From positions 19,344,001 through 19,408,000 of the forward strand of contig OX597826.1 of NCBI GenBank assembly GCA_951406725.2: a DNA stretch of 64,000 bases, given 5' to 3'. Under the pieces are notes generated by a model that was not told where the DNA came from, made no database searches, and worked only from the letters and a program-made list of their open reading frames with translations. The translations under genes were made by a program, and so were the position numbers. This stretch comes from Octopus vulgaris (taxonomy: Eukaryota). Within the stretch, counting starts at the first letter, position 1, and each line of letters opens with the position of its first letter. This document shows, piece by piece, positions 53,865 through 64,000 of this stretch.

Positions 53865-54474
53865 TGTGTGCGTGTGTGTGCGTGTAACGTTTTCATGAGT
53901 AACGTTTTCATGATTGGATTTGTAAACTACGATAAGAATAATACTGGTCAACAAAGAATTTATCCGAAGAAAAAGAATACTTGTATCTTATAATGTTTTT
54001 GCATGCAGAATTCAAAAGTAATGTCAAGTTATCTGTACTAAGATCACGTATTCCATACACCTTCATAATGCCAAAGAAACTTGTATTAACATCGCAAACA
54101 ACTTTTGCTATATATGAAAAATATGTAAAATATTAAGACAGTTGACGAAAAATATCTATTATAAAATTCTAATTCATAACTATAAATTTTTATCAAAGCA
54201 GAACACGCGGGTGAAATAAATCTCGTTGTGTGAAGAATCAACACAAGCGGGCGAAACATGGTAACAAGCTGTTAATGCTTCGCTGTCTGCTGATTACCCA
54301 AATTTCCCAACTTTAATTCCAAATAACATCAGATTCTTTAATTTGCAAGATAAAGTAAATGGTTGATCGTAATTAACATTCAGAGTTGCATTGATACACC
54401 AAACTTGAAAGCAATCGGAGCAAAATTCGACGGGGCTGATTTTGCGAATGAGTACATCCGAATATACCAAATAT

Positions 54475-54690
54475 ATTCTTTTATTCTTTTATTTTTTCAG
54501 TTATTTGGCTGCGGCCATGCTGGAGCAACGCCTTTAGAGGAAAAAATAGACCCCGGGACTAATTCTTTGTAAGCCTAGTACTTATTCTATCGGATCTCTT
54601 GGCGAACCGCTAAGTTACGGGGACGTAAACACACCAACCTCAGTTGTCAAGCGATGGTGGGGGGAAAACAAACACAGGCACACAAACATA
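54475..54690 (-). mobile_element. SINE family A, 3' module (another at 60930-61137, minus)
   Basis: Reverse complement of the 51960-52130 and 52800-52925 modules. Confidence 0.85.
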
Positions 54691-54785
54691 CATACACACA
54701 CACACATACACACACACACACACACACATACATACATATACATATATATATATGTACGTATATACATATATATGTACGTATATAT

Positions 54786-55001
54786 GGAGGCGCAATGGCC
54801 CAGTGGCTAGGGCAGCGGACTTGCGGTCGGAGGATCGTGGTTTCGATTCCCAGACCGGGCGTTGTGTGTGTTTATTGAGCGAAAACACCTAAAAGCTCCA
54901 CGAGGCTCCGGCAGGGGATGGTGGTGATCCCTGCTGTACTCTTTCACCACTCTAAAGGCGGTGCTCCAGCATGGCCGCAGTCAAATGACTGAAACAAGTA
55001 C

Positions 55002-55010
<9 letters not shown>
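54786..55010 (+). mobile_element. tRNA-derived SINE family C head joined to a family A tail
   Basis: GGAGGCGCAATGGCCCAGTGGCTAGGGC...GGTTTCGATTCCC, then an abrupt switch at ~54954 to AAAGGCGGTGCTCCAGCATGGCCGCAGTCAAATGACTGAAACAAGT. Confidence 0.8.
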
Positions 55011-55071
<61 letters not shown>

Positions 55072-55076
55072 TTATG

Positions 55077-55111
<35 letters not shown>

Positions 55112-55124
55112 ATGTATCTATATA

Positions 55125-55287
55125 TGATGGGCTTCTTTCAGTTCCAGCTGCTAAATCTACTCACAAGACTTTGGTCGGGCCGAGGCTATAGTAGAAGACA
55201 TTTGTCCAAGGTGTCACGCAGTGGGACTAAACCCGAAACCATGTGGTAGGTAAGCAAGCTACTTACCACACACCCACTCCTGCGCCT
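55125..55287 (-). mobile_element. SINE family A, 5' module
   Basis: Reverse complement of 51754-51915. Confidence 0.85.
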
Positions 55288-55357
55288 GCACACACACACA
55301 AACACACACACACACACACACACAAACCCACAAACACACATATATATACACACACAC

Positions 55358-55550
55358 ATGAGGTCCGATCAGTATGTACCTGGACTGTTGCCATACTAAA
55401 GAAGCTAAAGCACGCAGAATGCAGCCGCTTGGCACAGATTGGCCTTCAACTCTGCTGTGCACTAAGTTTTAACGTTCTACATCATATATATATAGTAATA
55501 TTGTGGGACTGTCATCTTTTTGTTGCCAAATAAAAACACGGACTTCGTTC
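55358..55550. mobile_element. possible mariner-derived MITE
   Basis: Ends GAGGTCCG... and ...CGGACTTCG with a mariner-like TIR start; only short complementarity. Confidence 0.4.
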
Positions 55551-56077
55551 TTCACTCGTATATCGTTGTTCTTATTTTATCTTATGTCCATTGTCTGGAA
55601 ATCTTACGTCACACAGTTGTGACCTCTACAGAGACTTCCGTCTCACGTGTAGCCTCCTGTTCTGTTTAGCCATTCTGTCTTTCTATAATGTGTATTGTTA
55701 TCATGCGTTTGTGTCTGTATCTGTGTGTGTGTGTATGTGTGTGCGCGTGTATATGTGTGTGCGTGTGTGTACATGTGTCTATATGTTTTTGTGCGTGTTT
55801 GTGTGTGTGTGCGCACGCGTGTGCCCATATGTATATGTTTTGTGTGTTTGTGTATGTATATGGGTTTGCTCACTATATTGTTTGCATCTGTACTTTTTAT
55901 ATAGATTATCTTTTTCCATTCATTTATTTACTTATCTCTATTTCTTACATTTACCAGAAGTATGTGCATGTGTGTCTTTTGTGTGTTTATATCTGGGTTT
56001 ATGTATTATAACAGTATAATAATATCCGTTTCAACACACGATTTCACATCGGTAATTTTGCAAAGCAAATTTATAAA

Positions 56078-56126
<49 letters not shown>

Positions 56127-56149
56127 ATACATACACACACACACACACA

Positions 56150-56672
56150 TTTAATTAATAATAAAAGGGTAAAATCAATCAATTAAATTAATTAATTAAT
56201 CAATCAATTAGTTAATAATTTTACCATGTAGATCGGTACGTTGAAACAAATTTTATAGGTAAAATTATACAAATATTTTATAATTATAACCATAATTATA
56301 ATTAGGGTTCAGCTAATTGCTTCACCACATACAGAATTTAGAAATAGGAGTTAAAAATTCCTTTTCTACTACTGTAAAAATCTCCATGACAGTAAGATAC
56401 TTTTTTACGCTGGCAAAGAGAAAAACAATGAATCAACACGACCAGAATTAACTACATACGCGTTTCGAGATTAAAGTGTTTAGAAATTTACTTCTCTCTT
56501 CATTGATGAGAGAAGTAAGTAAATTTGGTTGCGTAAAAAAGTATGTTACTGTCATGGAGATTTTTACAGTAGGAGAAAAGGAATGTTTAACTCCTGTTTC
56601 TAAATTCGGTATGTGGTGAAGCAATTAACTGAACCCTAATTAAATTGTGTGTTTATAATTATAAAATATTGT
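56150..56672 (-). mobile_element. fold-back element, ~140 bp arms, HHR-like motif in the spacer
   Basis: 56269-56410 pairs with 56531-56672. Minus-strand ATGAAGA-gaga..tctc-GAAA-cgcg-TA at 56452-56508. Confidence 0.8.
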
Positions 56673-56675
56673 ATA

Positions 56676-56736
<61 letters not shown>

Positions 56737-56775
56737 TGTGTGTGTGTGTGTGTGTGTGTGAGAGGGGGAGAGAGA

Positions 56776-56817
<42 letters not shown>

Positions 56818-57188
56818 AAAGATTAGACCCAGATACACTCATAAGATGTTTTCTGTTTGGCTCTACTTTTTGAAATGTTACAATTAAGTAAAACTTTTTA
56901 AATTTGGTATATTGATGTAATTTTTCACTCTGAATTTGATGCTATTCACCTGTTCAAGAAAATTTTTTAGAAAAATGTTACACAGGTTTAAAGTTCCGTA
57001 ATTTCTACCCAATCAGAAAAGAGGATTTGGAAGGTGGCATTTACAATGACAAAACATTCAACGATGGAAGTTTAATAAGTTTTAATGAATAAAGTCATGT
57101 GAAATGTTGGAACAGGCCATTAATGTGAAAAATTACAAAAAAAAAAGAAAAGAAAAAGAGAAAAAGAAATTAAACGTTAAATTACACG

Positions 57189-57240
<52 letters not shown>

Positions 57241-57244
57241 CATA

Positions 57245-57282
<38 letters not shown>

Positions 57283-57308
57283 CATATATATATACATATA
57301 TATACAAA

Positions 57309-57346
<38 letters not shown>

Positions 57347-57351
<5 letters not shown>

Positions 57352-57416
57352 CCCGCGGAGGTATTGTTTTCAGTCGTGTTTGTTTGTTTGTCCGTGGACA
57401 AGATATCTCAAAAACC
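57347..57416 (+). mobile_element. Helentron/DINE-like non-autonomous element, 5' end
   Basis: TTACCCCCGCGGAGGTATTGTTTTCAGTCGTGTTTGTTTGTTTGTCCGT: short subterminal inverted repeat plus (GTTT)n. Confidence 0.55.
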
Positions 57417-57537
57417 TTACTGCTGTTGTTATTATTATTATTCCAGGCAGTGACCTGAATAATAACAACAACAACAAAAACAACAACAACAACAATAATA
57501 ATAAGTATAACATCGAAAAATACCTTAGGTTCGAAAT

Positions 57538-57585
57538 TTCACTGATGAAGGCTGGAGGGTATATCAGCCGAAACGTTGTGTTAGC
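57538..57585 (+). ncRNA. HHR-like motif
   Basis: CTGATGA-a-ggctg(10 nt)cagcc-GAAA-cg-TT-gtgtt; the 5' strand of stem I is missing. Confidence 0.55.
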
Positions 57586-58159
57586 AACAAACAAGATGAG
57601 GACAAATATATGTTAAATGTAAATAATGTAAATAATATACATAATTGTTCATCTCTTAAATATAGAACTGCTTTTCTTTTTTATACTTCTTAAAAGACAA
57701 CACTAGTATATCGCGTGAGAAAGCGAAACCGGATCGTATTATGCAAACAAACAGTTGCATGATGAAATACCTGTATTCTTGGAGAACTACGTTGTGTCGA
57801 AAGAATGGCAGCGATTAATTAATAAATGTCCAACTGTACTCCTTCTTGACTCCAATTTCTTCAATTTTATATTCACACTCGACGGATGCCCAAATTTAAA
57901 CTTGGGAATATATAATAATACTACTGATAGTAATGAGTAATTTTGAAGGTGGATGAGCTTTATACTGTACTCTACAACGTTTCTAACAGAATATAACATA
58001 ACGATATATATATATATATATATATGGCCTGCTCGCTTAGCCAGCGGGGTGGCGTCATTTGAAGGCTAAAACAATGCAAAGCGCATTGTGACCAGCGATG
58101 TGTAGCAACATCTGCTAGTCCGGTCGGTCGCGGTGATCACGGTGATATATATATATATG

Positions 58160-58224
<65 letters not shown>

Positions 58225-58302
58225 GTTAAACAGGACAACAAAGTTAAGGCAAGGCAAACATCTCAAGTTATATATATTATTATTATTATTGGAAAAAATT
58301 CA

Positions 58303-58358
58303 GTCTTGCAGCTGTTTCTGGGATATCCCAGAGTATGGGATATTCCATCATCAGAGAC
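58303..58358 (-). ncRNA. type I HHR motif with a U16.1>C substitution
   Basis: Reverse complement: gtct-CTGATGA-tggaatatccca-tactc-tgggatatccca-GAAA-cagctg-CA-agac. Confidence 0.65.
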
Positions 58359-58660
58359 AAATAGGGAAAATGAGAAGGAGGGTATAAATTAATGAAATGA
58401 TACAAGAGGGTAGGAGTAAAGCAATAAGGAGATGAAGAGAGAGAAGGAAAAAGAAGCATAACAGTTTACAGTTCAGCTTCCCAATGTTGCAGAAATAAGT
58501 CCTTAGGTGCAATCCTGCGTAGATTAAAGTCCTGATATTGTAAACATCCCTAGTAATCTGTTACAGCACTTACCTAGCGTACCTAATCATTTAGATCACG
58601 TGTGAACTAAACCCCCATAAAAGTATGGCGGGTTAGTTCACACGTGTATATATATATATA

Positions 58661-58700
<40 letters not shown>

Positions 58701-58706
<6 letters not shown>

Positions 58707-58964
58707 TGTTATGTCCTGGGAAGTGTCATTTTCTTGCTGTGCCTTATAATGTAACACACTCACCGGTAAAATTTCCACTTATTTCTTATTTTTATTTTCC
58801 TAAAATTTTCGTTGCGTCTTGCAACCTTTTCAATTGTCTTGACTCTGTCCGTTCAAGACTATTGAAAAGGTTGCAATTAAGAAATAATTGGAAATTTTAC
58901 CGGTGAATGTGTGACATTATAAGGCACAACAAGAAAATGACTCTTCCCAGACACAACAGAATAT
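58701..58964. repeat. fold-back, ~110 bp arms, abutting (TA)n
   Basis: 58701-58842 pairs with 58853-58964; the left arm has a ~30 bp unpaired insert. Confidence 0.85.
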
Positions 58965-59860
58965 GCTTCAACACACGAACTCATATAAAGAATCTTGCAA
59001 ACCAAAGTCAAACATTAAGTGGCAAATCATACATAAAAAATACCATAAGATATTACCGTTTACTATTACCTAATAATAATAATTATATACATATATATAT
59101 ATATATGTGTACATTTAAAACCTTGTGGATATTAGCTTTTATAAATTTCAAATGCGAAACAGTTTTGAAAGTTTTTCTGAATTATGAAGGAAGGTGAAAG
59201 AAATCTGACAGTATGACGGTAATCAGGCCAGTTGTTCACAATGGCTGAATTAATCCTTAACACAATACACTTAAAAGATGGTGAAAGTAAGTAATGAGCT
59301 AATGAGGAATATGGGAAGGATGATAGTGCATCTATGAGAGGTGAGAACGTTGTTGTTGTTGTTGTTGCTGCTGCTGCAGATGATGATGATAGTGATGATG
59401 ACAACGACCATGATAGCAAAGAAACCATGGATAAGAAGACTAAGAAGAACAAGAAAGAGAACAAAGAAAAGAAGACAAGAAATGAAGGCATTAAGAACTA
59501 CAACAATAGACACCAATGTTATGTACGGTCGAGGTATATTTGCATGCGCGCGCATGTTTGGATGATTGCATGTCTAGATTCACACACGCACACTCGACGG
59601 GTATTCAGCAAATGCGTCACGAAAACAGCAAATGTTAACATTGTACAATAACGAAGTTCATTTGGGTGCATAGTGCTTGGTCTGTATGTGGGAAAGAATG
59701 TGGGGATTGTATATATATGTGTGTGTGTGTGTGTGTGTGCTTCTGCAAAGATGAGTGTGTAATGAGATTCATAGTTTCACCAACACCGCTATCTAATTTC
59801 GTCATCAATCTCCCATCTATTACATTAGTATTTATGCTCATGATCACCAGCTATTAAACT

Positions 59861-59932
<72 letters not shown>

Positions 59933-60860
59933 GACAATCATATATTCTTTGCGTGCGATTTGGGTTCGAGACCTGTTGAAACTAATTTCCTGATAATTGT
60001 GTTGCAAATAAACTTAATATGCGTTGAATTTGAAAACTCCAATATTTCGTACCTGCAAGAACAAGTACCTTTGCAGCCTTTGTATTACTGCTCAATGTCC
60101 TATAATGTTTTGAAATGACTGACAAATTCGAGAACTTCAGTTAGTGTATCTGGACTAATTCACTGAATAGAACCCACTCCTCTGCAATTATTCAAGGCAA
60201 GCTTATAAAACTTCTGTTGGCATACCAATATCGATACTTATACTACTCGGTGATATTTATTTACATATAGATTAATGAACTGGTCATATCAACGATAAAA
60301 ATTTTCATTCACTTTGGCCAGTAATGATAGCAATAGTCAAACTACTAGCATCTCAGCTACAAGTTTTGCACACTTTCGAATAACCTGTTCTTCATACAGA
60401 TGAGTGACTGACACTAAAGTAATACTATTAATTATTTTAGCAAGAAAAATCAGGATTATTGTTGCTTTATATATTGGATGAATAACTGTAGATATGGCTT
60501 AGTGGTTAAGAAGTTTGCTTTGCAGTTATTAGTTTCCCAGTTCGATCCCACAGCAAGCGTTGCTTCATTAGCTTCCGTTTGAATAATACACTATTAGTAG
60601 AAGTTGTTTGATAGAAACACACATACACATACATATAAATGTATATATCAAGAAAGAAATGAACGCAAATCGGAAGACAACACAGGAGGGACAAGGTTTA
60701 ATAAATACAGTATAATCTTAACGCTTATAGAAGGAAAAGAGTCTTGACGTTTTGGATGCTTTTCTTTCATCAAAAGAAAATACAAGAGAAAATGAACTGG
60801 AGAAGGGTGGAAAAAAATGTATTGGAGAAAAAAATCGTGTGATGGTGGATAAGGACCAAG

Positions 60861-60934
<74 letters not shown>

Positions 60935-61169
60935 CTTTTATTCTTTTACTTGTTTCAGACATTTGACTACGGCCATGCTGGAGCACCGGCTTTAGTGGAA
61001 CAAATTGACCACGGGTCTAATTCTTTGTAAGCCTAGTACTTATTCTATCGGTTTATTTTGACCAACCGCTAAGTTACGGGGACGTAAACACACCAACACT
61101 GGTTGTCAAGCGATAGTGGTGGGGACAAACACAGACTTTTTACTTTTACATTACTTATCCACCATGTTA

Positions 61170-61293
61170 CCCACATGCTGAAGAAGCTCCATGTTCCTGA
61201 TCGGATGTATTACCAAATATGATGAATATTATTTTTAGAATTTTCAGTGGCAACACCATACAACATTGGAAGCGGAAACAGCTGTTAGATGGG
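61170..61293 (+). ncRNA. HHR-like motif with extended stem II
   Basis: CTGAAGA-a-gctccatgtt...aacattggaagc-g-GAAA-cagctg-TT-agatggg; decayed stems. Confidence 0.5.
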
Positions 61294-61570
61294 ATGCAGT
61301 CTATTTGTATTGAATTAAAAAATAATAATTGATGTAAGTCAATCGTTGTTGATCAATATTTCTCCATTTTCTGTTTACTTTAAATTTTATTCCTGATAAA
61401 CTCATGTTTATCTTTGTCATTACCTGTAGCCAATGAGTATAATACGCATGTGATAACCCTATCCAGGGTTAACACAGGTAATTATACCGGTTGTATAACG
61501 TATATTTTAATCTCTTATACGGTTATTCCAACCTCTAACTCTACTAACCTATATATATATATTAAGACTT

Positions 61571-61633
<63 letters not shown>

Positions 61634-61657
61634 TATATAAATATATTTTAAAGTATT

Positions 61658-61743
61658 AATTTGAAAGAGACAACTTTCACGGTCTATAATACTCCTCATC
61701 AATGAGGAGTATTACTGACCTTGGAACTTGTCTCTTTCAAATT
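61658..61743. repeat. short imperfect palindrome
   Basis: AATTTGAAAGAGACAA...TAATACTCCTCAT-CA-ATGAGGAGTATTA...TTGTCTCTTTCAAATT. Confidence 0.85.
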
Positions 61744-61796
61744 GAGCCGTACGTTGTGGTTTCTTGAAAAGAGTTCACCTCTTTAATTTTTCATTA

Positions 61797-61840
<44 letters not shown>

Positions 61841-61842
<2 letters not shown>

Positions 61843-62030
61843 CAAAATAAGCAACAGGATATCAAGAGGTGATGCAGTACGACAGTTTCAAACGGCTCGA
61901 AACGGTCGTACTGCATCACCTCTTGATATGCTGTAGCTTATTTTGATTTTATTCATTTTTGAGTTGTACGGATAATATCGCACTGACTTGGTGTTTCAAC
62001 TTAAGTTCCTAATTCAACTGAATCTCAAGT
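61841..62030 (+). mobile_element. fold-back element, same family as 26060-26524
   Basis: Hairpin 61841-61947 with a very short spacer, preceded by (TA)n. Confidence 0.8.
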
Positions 62031-62099
62031 GATTTCACAAAATGTGTGTTGCTTTTGCTTTTGCTTTTTGAAGTGCAAGCGCTTTCAGTTCTTAACGTT

Positions 62100-62890
62100 T
62101 TCAAGGCCCTATCCAATACTCTTCTTCTTTCCACCATGTGAACTTATTCTTCTCCCACTTTTTAAAAAGACTATTCCCCACCACCAACTCCTGCTCCATA
62201 CACATTTCCAACAACCTCCTCCTTCCACTCTCATTCCGACCAGGAACTCCATAGTTTCCTGCTACACTTTCTACTTCCTCGTTTCCCACTCGCGCATTCA
62301 AATCACCTTATAGCCACTTTTCCTACCCTATTCACATAGCCACTTTCCCCACTCTATCCCCACACTGTGTCAGTTTCCTCTGGAACCCTTCTACTTCTTC
62401 TTCCCTCCTGTCACTTCCTGGACCATATACACTAAAAAACCACCCATACCTCTCCTTTGCACCTCATCTCTTCCCTCCACTCCACCACGTTCTTCTGCTC
62501 ACCATCAATGCCACTCTCTCACGAGCCCTCTCCCTCCCACTCCCGACACACGTCCAGTCACATCACCAAATTGTTACTCTCCTTTACCTTTTATCTTAGT
62601 TTCGCTTAGTGCCAGCACATCCATCCTTCTTATCATCAAACTCCATATCTCCCGCCTCTTTACCTCACTTGTACTACACCCACGCACATTCCATACCCTA
62701 GTCCTTGGTGAGATTAGGTGTTAACCTTCTCCCACCCCTTGTCTTTTTCTTGTCTTTTTAGGCATATGAAATTACTAGGGGGAGCGGATTCCCAGTCTCT
62801 TCGCCCCCCCCTTTAGTTGCCTCTTACGCCACGCAGGGAATACGGCGACTGTATTCTACTGCCCCCCCCCCCCCCAGTCGCAAGGGAGAT
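62100..62890 (-). mobile_element. RTE-type LINE 5' end (UTR and AP-endonuclease N-terminus)
   Basis: WNVRG...MDVLALSETK and NARVGNEEVESVAGNYGVPGRNESGRRRLLEMCMEQELVVGNSLFKK. Confidence 0.88.
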
Positions 62891-63589
62891 TTGCTAGTTA
62901 ACCCATAGCTGGGACCCTTACAGGTGTTACCACTCCAGCCTAGAGCAGACCTGGGAACAATACTGGCTAAGAGCTGGTTCCACACTCTTCAAACCGGATG
63001 TAGTTTATAGTCATACCCAAAGCTATAACCAAGCGTTGAAACCGTGTTCAATTATGAAGTGAATTAGCCTATACTAAGAATTGAAACTGAACTCTCTCTT
63101 GCTCTACGGCAGTGCGTGACAACAGCAATAGCAGCAATAACATCAACAATAGTAGTAAGTAAAAAAGTGCTCAGCGCTGGAATGTAATTCAAGATGGATT
63201 AAAGACGGATTAAGAGTTAATCCTTGCTGCAGGTGGTGGGATATTTAGGTCAAAATTAACAGTGGGTTTTTACGGGAGATTTAGGTCAGTTATTTTCTTA
63301 CATCTTTGTTAATAGTGTTAACGTGTTGGTGCTAGTGGTGGCAAATGTAAGTATAATGGTTGTGGAGTTAGTGCGGAATGTTAGAAGTGCTAGTGATGGT
63401 AGTGCTGGGAACTCTCAAGGTAGTATTGGTGCCGTTGGTGGCGGAATCAGTAGCACGAAGGTGGTAGTACTAGTAGTAGTAGTAGTAGTAGTAGTAGTTG
63501 AAGAATGATATCGCCGTTCGCATTCGTTCTTATTGTTATATTTGTAGTTATTGAGGCACCAAAGACGGTTAGAAATATTCTTTTCTACT

Positions 63590-63966
63590 CAAGGCACAAG
63601 ACCCAAACGTTTTGGAGAGTGGGGCCAGTCGATTAGATCGATCCAATACGCAGCTGGTACTTAATTTATCGACTCCGAAAGAATGAAAGGCAAAGTCAAC
63701 CTCGGCGAAATTTGAACTCAGATAAACGAAATACCTATTTCTTTACTACCCACAAGGGGCCAAACACAGAGAGGACAAACAAGGACACATAAACGGATTA
63801 AGTCGATTACATCGACCCCAGCGCGTGATGGTACTTAATTTATCGACCCCGAAAGGATGAAAGGCAAAGTCAACCTCGGCGGAATTTGAACTCAGAACGT
63901 AACGGCAGACGAAATACGGCTACGCATTTCGCTCGGCGTGCTAACGTTTCTGCCAGCTCGCCGCCT
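63590..63966 (-). mobile_element. SINE family B, dimeric
   Basis: Minus-strand head GGCGGCGAGCTGGCAGAAACGTTAGC...GAGTTCAAATTCCGCCGAGGTTGACTTTGCCTTTCATCC; the core module occurs twice. Confidence 0.85.
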
Positions 63967-64000
63967 TGATGGTTAGAAATATTAACATTGGCGTTGTCAC

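Overview
AT-rich, microsatellite-dense eukaryotic DNA that is intergenic or deep intronic. The SINE repertoire suggests a cephalopod, probably Octopus; this is inference from recalled repeat sequences, not a database check. No intact host gene is supportable, and most ORFs in the track are translations of (TA)n, (CA)n, (TATG)n or (AAT)n. The window is a transposon graveyard: RTE, CR1, Tx1/L1 and R4/Dong-type LINE remnants, at least three Penelope-like (RT/GIY-YIG) remnants, mariner remnants and MITEs, one full-length but inactivated DD37D (maT-type) transposon, a Helentron-like end, several tRNA-derived SINE families and a ~1.07 kb (TA)n tract. The most notable structure is a set of about a dozen non-coding fold-back or partial-tandem elements, mostly next to (TA)n. 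Many carry hammerhead-ribozyme (HHR)-like motifs with a palindromic stem III. Three of these motifs have an unusually long (~70-90 nt) stem II, and the one at 10903-11012 has a fully canonical core. One element carries a tRNA-like cloverleaf mounted on a long stem. I interpret these as non-autonomous Penelope-derived, retrozyme-like elements.
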